Positions 26,158 to 38,100 of a DNA stretch of 64,000 nt are shown here, one piece after another; the stretch's first letter is position 1, and each line of letters starts with the position of its first letter. The notes under the pieces are model-generated. The model was not told where the DNA came from, made no database searches, and saw only the letters and a program-made list of their open reading frames with translations. A program made the translations under genes and the position numbers. Source of the stretch: Balanoglossus misakiensis (taxonomy: Eukaryota; Animalia; Hemichordata); contig CM082584.2 in assembly GCA_040954595.2 (NCBI GenBank), forward strand, positions 9,257,061-9,321,060. The letters run 5' to 3'.

Positions 26158-29100
26158 ATGGAACTCAAAGCGGTAGTTTTATTCGCTGTCATAGGGACTG
26201 CTTTTGCAGGTAAGAACAAATTATAAGCATCTCGTTCAAGGTTTTCTGCGCCATGTCATACTATTTTAATTTTCTTGGGAGCACATTCTCTCTTTAAACC
26301 GTAAGCGTTTTGCCGATGCACGAGAACTTTTGAAGAAAATTTTTCGGCTTCGGATACAAGACAAAGCGATGTGAGCGTCCGTTTTGATACTTAATTTTGC
26401 TTGCCTTTGAAAATTTCTGCCTCCTGTTGCACATCGATGATTTCATTACAGTTCGTTTCCCCGAGGAATATCCTTCGCTGTCTTGAGACCGTGCACAGCT
26501 GATGGGCCTTGGGCTTATGCCAGTACAGTGGCGCACTTGGTATCAAAACACATTCTCGAGTTTCGCGCTCCTCTTAGGGAAGCGAAAAGATTCCAAGCGC
26601 GTTTATTGGCAGAGTAAATAACAAAAGTATATCTCTCCGAACTGTTTACATCGTTTTGTCAGAAGAGATAAACTGTATAGAAACATTTAAATTCTACTTA
26701 TGTCGACAAATACAAGTCGTTTAGATAAGTGCATATCTGTCATCGCTCTCATAATTCATTTTTTCTCTGTTCATGAATGAAATTCTCAACTTTATCTTTC
26801 TTTGTTTCCACAAAGGTCCCTTTTCGAGGACGGACTCGAGCTGTGCCCGAGAGTGCACAGGTAAGTGTCTTTCTTTCGTACGTACGTATTTTCTAATCGC
26901 AGTCTAAGGCAAGGGTGCCCACGCTCCACTGTGCTCCCGAGGCAGAGGTGTCTTGCTGTAAACTGTGGGCGCTGTGTCACTCAGACCCGATGCAGTTTTG
27001 ACACTACAGCTGATTCTTGTTTATCACGGGGCAAGGCTTTTTTAGGGGTGACAAATGCAAGCTAACAAACAGTTCAAAGTCCGCTGTTAATCCCCTATTT
27101 GGATGCGGTAGGCAAACCCCCGGCGCGATCCCATTGGCCATTCGAATCAAAACGGTCATGTTTGCGTTTCAGTTTAACAAGTCATACCAAAGAGGTCGCT
27201 TTGATTGACACTTATTTACGTCCTCTGCACTTTATCGTCTTTGAAAGTTAATCATTCTCCCCGATTCTCGTTTGCATACAATGGGAGTTCGAACAAATGA
27301 ACATCGACCAAAGTTTGAAAAGTTTTAGTCACATGACCATGGGGGCGCTCTGCCCTATTACTTTGTACTTGTGCATGATACGCTGTAATATACATGATAC
27401 ATGTGATATAAACAGTTAATCAGTTCAAAATGGCGGGTGTTTTGACCTGTGGTGGGATCGGCTCTAATTTGCACCTAAATTCACCTCCTAGAACAAGTTA
27501 TACTTCTTTATACAGTGATCTTTTCCGCGGAAATATTCTTTCTGACTTGACCCATTTCATCATTTACCGTGGACTTGGGTAAAGGTCGCAGATGGAACCG
27601 GGGTGAAGGTTGGACTGTGTGTAGGGCTTGTATTTTTTCGTAATAAATTTGTATTTTGTCGATCGGATCGTGAATACATATTCCACGCATATCCACAGTT
27701 AGGAGCTATACTGATAAATGAATATACTTGGCAACTCAAATTGTTAACTCACACTTTGATGTTCATTTGATTGTGGATGTTGAATACGCACATCAGTGAA
27801 AACTTTGTGTGATGCTTATCCGTAACCATGGTAACGCACCAGTAACTCTACCCCTCTCTCGACTTTTCGTGTTGGGAGATGGTCAATAAATGGAGTGATA
27901 AGAGCTACAGATCCACAGCCACGATTTTTTCATACAACGACAGACCACAATATAACTCATTTTTGCATTTTGCTCATTTTTTTTCACTTTCAGACTCAGA
28001 TAACCTCAGGTATGGTAAAGGCCTGACTTATAGATACAGCTATACCACCACATCAACAAGTCTCATCAATGGCACTTCTGATGAAAGCACTGGCTTTCAG
28101 ATCAGCGCTGATGTTGAGATTGAAGTGCTCAAGAAATGTGATATGAGCCTCAATGTAAGTGTAGTATACTTTATACTGGATGAGTTTTTCTTATAAATGT
28201 TGAATTTATCATCTTTTTTTTTGCTCGAGATGTAAGGATTTTATGGTTGTATTTAACACTGATTTTCTGTTGTCTCTGCAGCTCAAGAACGTCAGGATCC
28301 AAGAAGTGTCTCCAAGCAACGAGATGCTCGACAGAGAAAGGGTGGACTTCTTCAGGAGGACCCTGGAAGAGAAGCCGTTGGCTTTCTCCTTCCAAGATGG
28401 TGTCATTCCTGAAATCTGCCCCGACATCGAGGAGCAGGCTTGGGCTTTGAACTTCAAACGTGGTGTGCTCTCTCACTTCCAGAGTTCTTACTTCCAGAAG
28501 CAGGAGAAGAGTGCCATGGAGGTATTGAATGTCAATTTTTAAGGAAATATCCCCCCCCCAAAAAAAAAAAAAAAAAAAAAAAATCTTCACTGAAACCCCC
28601 AGATTTTTCTGTTGTATACTGCATGAAAAAAGTCTGATCAACGTGAGTTTTTTCTTTTGCAGACTGATGTAACCGGTAGCTGTCCAACCAAGTACATCTT
28701 GGAGACTCAAGGTTACGGCACCCAGACAATCAAGAAGTCCAAGGACTTCATGGACTGCACTGACCGCCAACACATTGAGTCTGCTGTACAGAGCACCATT
28801 TATGACCCACGTGCAGTAAGTGTACATTGTAATTGATATCTGTCTGTCTGTCGGTCTGACTGACTGTCTGTCTGTCTTTTGTTCCTGGTGAATGATGACT
28901 TCTGCATGTATGATTTATTTCAAAGTATGCCATTCAAGGATCTAGCCCTAAACATAAAACCCCCTTTTGTCCTTGTCCATTATCAGCCAACCCAGAGCCT
29001 TGTCAGAAGTGAACAAGACTGTGACCAAGAAATCCAGGACCAACGTGTCAAGCGTGTTTCCTGCAAGGAGAAGCATGTCAGCCGTCCATTCGCCAACCAC

Positions 29101-32100
29101 GACAGCGCTGCTCTCACCAAGATCAGGACTGTTTTCGAGTTTGTTGAAATCAGACGTGAAATCAACAACGCCTACAGTAAGTACAGTGTAGTGTAGAGTA
29201 CTTGATCTCATCACTCAAACAGATATAGATGATCACCCTGCATGGTGGACATAAGAAAAGGCATGATGTATTTAAATGTGCCAAAAATGCAATTGACTAA
29301 ACGTTGGCGACTTTTCCAACTGTGATGTTAATTTTATTTTAATTCGATTCATTGTCTGGTGAAGATGAGCTAAAACTTTTATGCCGTCTATATTACAGTG
29401 CTGCAATCCCAGGTTCAGACCCGCAAGACTCTGCTCTTCGACCACAAGCCAAAGACCCAGACCGAGGGTGAGGATGAATCTAAAGTGGAGGAGGTTCTCG
29501 ACGAGATCTGCCGCTCCGCTGAGGTCGACGTCCGCCCAGAGACCGCCGAGCTGTTCACCAAGCTGGTCTTCAGAATGCGCAAGCTGACTGTTGACAGTCT
29601 TCGCAGTATCCACAGACGCATCCAGGGCGGCAGAATCTGCCAGCGCAACCAGGAGAACATCGAGTAAGTAGAACTGACAGAAAGTAATTGAACAGAATGT
29701 GAGAAAAAACTTGCAGACATCACTGCCTGGCATTGGAAAAGAGTGAATGAGTCATGTGGAAAACAAACATTATGATCCTGGAAAACTAACAGAAATACAT
29801 GGCCTCTCATTCTACTCTCTAGGAAATTCTTCATGGATGCCATTCCCATGATGAGCACCACCGCTGCTGTCTCTTACATGAAGGAGAAGATCTCTTCCGA
29901 GGAGGTCGAAGGCATTCATGCCGACATGTGGCTCATGTCCCTTGCATTCATCACCCACCCAACCAAGGAAATGATCAGAGAAGTCAGAGTGAGTTAAATG
30001 CCACATTGTTTCAGTGCATCATGAGAGCTATAGCTATGATTTTTCCCTGTCAAAGCACGATGTAGTACAATCCATCGAACTAAAAGTACTTGTTGAATTC
30101 TGCGAGTCTCTGTTTGCCTGAAAAAAACCCAGAGATCTCTAATAAGCTAGATGTTTAGTGCCTTACTGATGTGATGAGAACCTGGACTAAGGGAGTTCTG
30201 TTGAATTTCTTCTGAAATTTTATACTCAATTTTTCCAGGATCTGACTCGCTACTCCAACCCACGTCGCAGCACCTTCTTGGCTGTCTCCTCAATGATCCA
30301 CAGATATTGTGAAAACGAGAAGAGAGACTGCTTGAACGACGACGAAATCACCAGCACACTCAGAATCTTCGAGGAGAACCTCGGCTACAAGTGCTCTGCT
30401 AGCAGCGAGGAGGATAATGAGAAGGTAACAGAAAAATTGTAGAACCTCTCTGTGCCAAATAACTTATACAGTCTGCTGACAACTTTATGAAGATGTGCGT
30501 AAACTTATTAACTGAGCGAAGAAACCAAAAACTATCCACATTTGGGGTTTAGAATAATTATTTTTTTAACATCTCTACAGATCCTCCTGTCTCTGAAGGC
30601 TCTTGGTAACTCCGGTCAGATCGGCAGTGCCACCAACACTCTGACAAGCTGCTTCCGTGAGGAGGACAACCCAATTGAAATCCGCCTGGAAGCCATTGAG
30701 GCCTACCGTCGTATGCCATGTGAAGCTGATGGCGTAAGTGTTCAAAGAAAGCATAAGATTTGACTTGAATTTCAGCCTAGAAGATCATGTGGTTTTAAAA
30801 GAGTGGTGACTTTTGCGAAAGAACCATTTATGAAATCTTAATATTTTTTTTGACAGCGTGAAGAGCTGATGAAGATGCTGGAGGACCCTAAGGTTGACAC
30901 TGAAGTCCGCATCGCCGCCTACTTGGCAGTCATCAAGTGCCCCACTCCAAGACTCCTGGAGAGAATTCACGAAGTTCTGGAGAAGGAAGAGATCAACCAG
31001 GGTAAGGGAATGAAACCTACAAATCTAAAAAAATGTTTATGTGGAATTTAAGTGTTTTGTACACAGCTTTATGACGGATTCTACGCTTTTCAAAATCCTA
31101 AAAAGTCTTGTAGTGAAAACTACCACTAGAATTAAGACTCTGCAGTGATGTGATGGTTAATGCAGTTTCTTGCTTGTTTCCTTTCCAGTTGGATCATTTG
31201 TGTGGAGCCACCTCAGAGGACTGAACTCGACCTCCGACCCTCTGAAGCAGGACATCCGTAAGATGCTGGAAGACACCAAACTGATGAGGGAATTCAACAA
31301 GGATCCCAGAAAATTCTCCCGTGCTTTCGAGGGATCTCTGTTCTCAGGTAACTTGAGATCCACTCTCCTTATTATGGTTAAAAAAAGGAATACCGATTAC
31401 GTCAAAAGTTATTTCACTGTTTCATGATACTGCAAGTTGGGATGTTTTAGTTTCTACAGCTATTGAAATTATTATTTGCTGTGGAAGTAATGGCATTTTT
31501 GTTTCGTATTTCTGTTGCAGAGAAACTGAACATTGGTGGCACTGTTGAGAACCACCTGATCTTCAGCCAAGAATCCTGGATCCCACGCTCTGCCATGATG
31601 AATATGACTGCCCAGGTCTTCGGATATTCCATCAATCTCTTTGAGGTACGATTCCACAGATCTTTTGGTATACGTAACATGCATCGATGGCAATCATACT
31701 TGGTTACTTCATTTGTAATACATGTATTGTAAAGAAAGGTACAAGATATAGAGGGGAAAAATGGTAAAAAGTCCGCAGTTCTGTCTCAAGATATGTTTCA
31801 CAGTTGCAGTCAATATTTCAGTCTCAGGGGGTAGCGTGAGAAAGTGTAAGCTGTGATCCTGTACTGTTTTCTTCTTCAAGACTGATGATGGATTTCTCGT
31901 CTTCTTGCTCTTTTCTCTACAGTTTGGTGGCCGCGTCGAAGGCTTCGACTACTTGCTGGAGAAATTCTTCGGACCCAACGGATACTTCCCAGACAACAAC
32001 CTGTTGGAGATGGTCAAGGTGTCCGAAACTGAAGGCCGCACAAAACGCTCGGCCATCAAACCCGACAAGATTGGCAAAGTAAAGGACCGAGTAAGTTCCA

Positions 32101-35100
32101 GCTTCTGTCATTCACAGTGTTCGGGCACAGGGAATTTTCAAACACACAGCGATTTTTAGGCCATTGGTGATCGATTCAATATTAAATCACTTGAAATAAT
32201 CTTATTTCAGTTTGATGCCCAGCAGAAGAACAGCCCAAGAGGCTCAATGTACATGAAGATGTTCGGCAACGAGCTGAGCTTCTTGGACTTCCAGAAGATG
32301 GACTGGCTGAACCTGGAGAAGGAATCTGTCAACCTCATCGAGCTGATGATCAAGCTGTCCAAGGAACACTCCAAGGAATTCACCAAGAACATGATCCTGA
32401 TGGAGAGCTCCTTCGACACTCCAACCATCATTGGTATGCCACTGAACGTCGCCATCAACAGCACCGCCTCCCTCAACCTGAAGATCAGCGGCAAGGCTGA
32501 CCTGCGCAAGATCATGGTGTCTCCAAGAAGCTTGAACATCACTGGAGCTATCCGCCCAAGGTATGACAATTCTGCATAATAATTCTTCAACCTGTCATTG
32601 GATACCAAACCAGATAGACCAGGGTTTTCCTTTGCAAACAAGAAACTTCACTATACCGTTTCTGACGAGACATGTTTTTTTCTCTCTCTTTTTCTGCAGT
32701 GCTGCCATTGCTGTCAGCACTGAAATGAGCATGTGCGCTTTCATTGCCCGCACTGGACTGAGAGCTGTCACCCGTATGCACTCTTCCACTGCTTTGGATG
32801 GTAGCATCTCCCTTGACAGCAGCGAGACCTTCAAAGTCAAGTTCAATGTCCCAGACAACCGTATGGAAATCATTGATGTCAGGTAAGAAATGAGGATTGC
32901 AACTCAGTGAAATATGTAACAGTAATGTGCCCTAAGTAGTTCAGGGGACACAATCTCATTTTTTTTTTGTAAAAACATCTTAACATCATTTCTCTTTCTG
33001 TTGCCACTGTTTCTAACAAGACATTTTTTCGTTCATGCCTCCAGCAACAAATTGTACCTGTTGAATGCCAAATACCCGATGGAAATTGCCGGTGTCAGAG
33101 AGAACTACCGTGAATACAGCAAGTGCACCGGACACATTGTTGAGAAGTGGGCTGGTGTCAGACTCTGTGGTGAACTGAAATACCCCAATGCCTCTCAGGA
33201 GGTAAGTTTTCTCTTCAATGCAGTCCATGTACGTTGAAGCAGTTCATTACTTAGATGGATGTTCTTCTGTTGGAGTTCGATTCGTAAGACAGGATGCTTG
33301 AGGTGTACCCTATCCTGTGCCACCTGTTAATTTACCAATTGTTGTGTTTTTCGCTTTCAGATGAATGCCCCCTATTTCCCATTGACTGGCCCAATCAGTG
33401 GCAAGATCACCCTTGACAAAGTTGACCCAACTCTCACCTCTTATGAGATGGAAGCCAAGTACAAGGTTCAGAGGGTAAGCTAGCTGAAACTAATTCGAAT
33501 AAAACATACATTTAATTAATTTAAAAAAAAAAAAGGCCGACATCAAACTTTTTTTTTTAATTTGAAAAAGTGTCAGTTACAGTACTTATGTTGAATCTGT
33601 GTATGCATTTTAACAGTTAAGAAGAAAAGGACTTATTTTTGTTTTCCTCTGAATTATTTTAACAGAGCCGCGTCAATGGCAAGACTGAAATCAGCGACAT
33701 CCTTCGCTTCATGATTGGTACCCCAGGCACTCACATGCCACGCACCCACTCCGTTGATGTCACACTGAACCGCGCCCAGAAGGCCCTCAGCGTCGATCTG
33801 GTCAGCCTGGACAAGAAGGTCTTCCTCACCACCAGCCTGGTCAACGAGACCGACTTGAAGAGAGTGGAGTTGAACGTCAACTACAACAACATGAAGCAGT
33901 ACACCACCTCCGCCGAGGTTGCCATCGACAGGAACGAGCGAGAGAACAAGGTGCGCTACATGCCAACCATTCAAGTCCGCCTGCCCAACAGCATGGACAT
34001 GACCCTGTCTGGTACCTTCACCCACGAGCCACAGCGCAGCCTGGAGAGTGACGTGACCTACCAAGGGATCGGAGGAAAGAGCCGCTTCGTCGGCAGAATC
34101 GTCAACGACACCGACATGAAGAGCATCGCCCTCAGCGTTAGCTACAATGATGCCGAGCCTTACACTCTCAGCGGTGAAGTTGGCATCGACAGGGGTTACC
34201 AGCAGATCCGCTTCAGGCCCGACATCCAGCTGCACCTGTCCGACAGGAAAGACCTGAGAGTGTTCGGCGCCATCACCCACCAGACCGACCGCAGTCTGGA
34301 CATCGACATGACCCTGCGCGGCGTCAGAGACCGCGACGTGGCCGTGACCGCCAACATCAACGGCGAGAAGTGGCGCAGCCTCAACGCCGACGTCACCCTC
34401 AAGGGCGTCAGGGACGAAGACATCACCTTCACCTCCGGCATCAAGAACGAGATGTGGCGCAGCCTGAACGTCGACATGTCCCTGGCCGGTCTCACCGCCC
34501 GCCCGCTCTCCGTGAAGACCGACATCGAAGGCGAGAGGTGGAGCCGCCTCAGCGTGGCCACCACACTCAAGGGAATCAAGAGAGACGACATCGTCTTCAC
34601 CAGCGAGATCAGCGGCGAGAAGTGGAGCCGCCTGGCTGTCGACATGTCCCTGGCAGGAGTCAGAGAAAACGAGATGTCCCTCGCCAGCACCCTCAACGTG
34701 GATGGATGGAGATCCGTCGATGGCAGCATCACCCTGAAGGGAATCAGACAGCAGGACATGGTCCTGTCCGGACAGATGACCAACCAGCCCTGGAAGAGAC
34801 ACGACAGCAGCATCACGCTGCAGGGAGTCACCGAACGCGACATCGTCCTGCGCACCTCCGTGAGCGGCGAGAAGGGACGCAGCCTCGATGGCAGCATGAC
34901 CCTGAGAGGCGCCAGGCCCACTGACATCACCCTTTCCACCAGCCTCAGAGGCGAGTACATGCGCAGCTTCGACGGAAGCGTCACGCTCTCCGGAGTCAGA
35001 AGGGAAGCGATGACCGTAAGCACCTCCCTTAATGGTGAGATGGGAAAATCGTTTGACGGCAGCGTCACCCTCACTGGAATCGCCAGAAGGGAGATCACTC

Positions 35101-38100
35101 TGAAGACCAGTGTTGAGGGCGAGCCGTGGAAGAGCCTGGAGAGCAGCATCGAGCTGACTGGTGCAACCAAGAACGACCTGAAACTGAGCGCTTCGGTGAG
35201 CGGTGAGAAGTGGAGCCGCTTGGATGGCAGCATTGTACTGAAGGGAGTGAGGAAGAACGACATCAGCCTCACCACCAACATCAACGGCGAACCATGGCGT
35301 TCAATGAATGGCCACATCACTCTCAGAGGTATCAGAGAAAATGACATCAGCTTGACAGCAAACATGGATGGCGAGAAGGGCAGCAGATTCAATGGTCTCG
35401 TCACATTGAGGGGCATCAGACAGAATGACATCAGTCTGAACGTCAATGTCGCCGGTCAGATGTGGGACCGCCTGAATGCTGACATCACCCTGAGGGGAGT
35501 CCGTCAACAAGATATTGTCCTCAGCACCGACATCACTGCCGAGATGTGGTCCAAACTGAATGCTGACGTTTCTCTGAAAGGCATCAGGGAGCGTGACATC
35601 ACCCTCAAGACTGTCATCAGTGGCGAGCCTTGGCGCAGCCTGGATGCAGAGATCACCCTCGGAGGCATCAGAGAACAAGACATGAGCTTCGAGACAACCA
35701 TCACTGGTGAGAGATGGCGCAGCCTGGATGCAACCATGACCCTTAGAGGAGTCAGAGAACAGGACATCAGCTTCGAGACAACCATCACTGGTGAGAAATG
35801 GCGCAGCCTGGATGCAACCATTACTCTTAGAGGCGTCAGAGAACAAGACATGAGCTTCGAGACAACCATCACTGGTGAGAAGTGGCGCAGCCTGGATGCA
35901 ACCATGACCCTCAAAGGTATCAGACAGCAGGACATCAGCTTCGAGACCACCATCACTGGTGAGAAATGGCATCGCCTTAATGCTGACATGACCCTTAAAG
36001 GCGTCACCAGACGTGACATCCGCGTTATCACCGCTGTCCAAGGCGAGAAGATGCGCAACCTGAATGCTGACTTGACCATCTCAGGCATCACAAGAGAGAA
36101 CATCGTCTTCAGCAGCAAGATCAAGGGCGAACCATGGCACAGCCTGGATGTGGACATGTCCCTCCGTGGCGCCCATGAGACCACACTCTCCCTGAAACAC
36201 ACCATCACCTTGGAGCTGTCCAAGAGTCTTGAAGTTGACTTCACCATTGAAGGTTTCAACAAGATGCTCGACATCTCTCACAAGCTGATCAACAACGAAG
36301 CCCTCAAGAGATTCGAGTTGAATGTAAATGTCAATAACGACAAGCAGTTTGCCACCAGTGCTGAAGTTGCTATCAGCGCCAGAAGTGGTAACGTGCAGTA
36401 CCTGCCAACTTTCGAGCTCCACCTCCCCAACGGAAAGAACATGATCCTGAGAGGCAGCATTGCACACCAGCCTCAGCGCGGTGTCGATGTCTACTTCACT
36501 TTCTCCAGATCCGGAAATGTAGAGTTGACTGCTGAAGGTTAGTTTAATTATCCATCTTTCCCTTTAATAGGAGTTTTGAGCTACGGCTAGGAGAATGAAG
36601 TATGCGCAATCATAAACTCCAACCTATGTGAAGAAAGTTCCTCTTTCTTGTGATGGTCATCATGATTGTTGATTCACATTTTTTTCCCCATCACAGGACG
36701 CTTCATGAATGTGAGCGGAGAGCAGTACACCACTGAGTTGACATTCACTCACGCCAAACTCAACCTGAAGATCAACAACGACATGCAATACACCAAGGAA
36801 ATCATGGGCTCTCACTTTATGATTGAATACACACCGCAGGGCAAACCAACCCACACTATCGAGTTCTCTGAGACGTTCCGCAACAAGACTGCTGATGTAA
36901 GTGATTTTTAACATGTACTCTTTTATTTACACTTGTGACACGAAAGAAAAAAAAAGAAAGAAATATTACTTCAAGCAGAAATAGAAAGGAAACCCTTGTA
37001 GGTAGAAACTGGGACACAGGCTTGTCATAAAAAGCTATCTGTATATCACATCACTGACACTTTCGATATTTTTTGCATTTTTTCAGGGCAAGCACCACTA
37101 CGAATATGACAGCAGCATGATGACCACCCAGTGGCCAGAGTACAACTATGACAGCAAAATTGCAGTTGAAGCAGCTGCTCGTCGTGAAGGCAGCATTGAT
37201 GTGACTGTCTGCTATGGCCCCAGAACCTGCGATGATGCCAGCAAGACGGTACGTGCACATGATTCTGGAAAAAATTTCCTGTGTTGGGTCTCAGTATTGA
37301 AGGAATGGAATCGTACAGGCTGAAAAAATTACAGTCCAGTTTGACTGACATGTTTTTTGTTTGTTTCAAATGTTCAACAGGTGACTTTCAACATTAACAT
37401 GAAGAACGAAAGCAACATCTACGTCAACAAGGCCAACGCCGCCATGGCTGTGACTCTCCCAGCCTACTCTGTCGACTTCAACATGGACGCCAGCCACGAG
37501 AACACCAGGCACTTCCTGCAGTCGCTCGTCAACGTCAACTACAGACGCGGCGGACGCGTGGGCATGGTGGTCGAACTGAGAAATGACACCCGCGACCTGA
37601 TGAAGGTCAACGCTTTGGTGCAGCTCAACCTCCCATCCCGCCAGCTGTCTCTGAAGCACGACTGCGAAGAGGTGAAGGCCAAGAACTACAAGTCAGAAAC
37701 CACCATGCAGTGGGAGGACGACAAGAAGGTGACCATGGAAGTTGAGTACGACAACGACAGCGACGAATTCAAGTTCGACCACGAGGGCAAGATTGTCTTC
37801 AGCTACCCAGGCCGTGACATCATCCTGAAGGCCAGTGCATTGAATGATGACAAGAAGACCAACGGCGATTTCGAGATCACCTACGCTCCCAACAGGGCCA
37901 TCACCTTCAGCTCTGAATACAAGAACAAGAGCAACAAGAGGAAGACAAATCGCGAAGCCACCATCCGGTTCGACACCCCATTCCGTCTGTTCCGTGACAT
38001 GGAACTGTCCGCCAGCCTGGAGAACACAACCGAGCTCTACGACGGCGAAGTTACTCTGCAGTACGCTCCACGCAAGTCAGTCTCCATGAAGGGCCGCTAC

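Noticed and set aside
35634-35969. Regularly spaced near-identical repeats that might suggest a CRISPR-like array
   Set aside because: Contiguous in-frame 84-bp coding units with no unique spacers, in a eukaryotic spliced gene.
33654-36467. Long antisense ORFs (382, 416, 246, 256 aa) over the lipoprotein repeat exon
   Set aside because: Shadow frames of a strongly codon-biased, repetitive sense exon, with no independent start, splice or homology signal.
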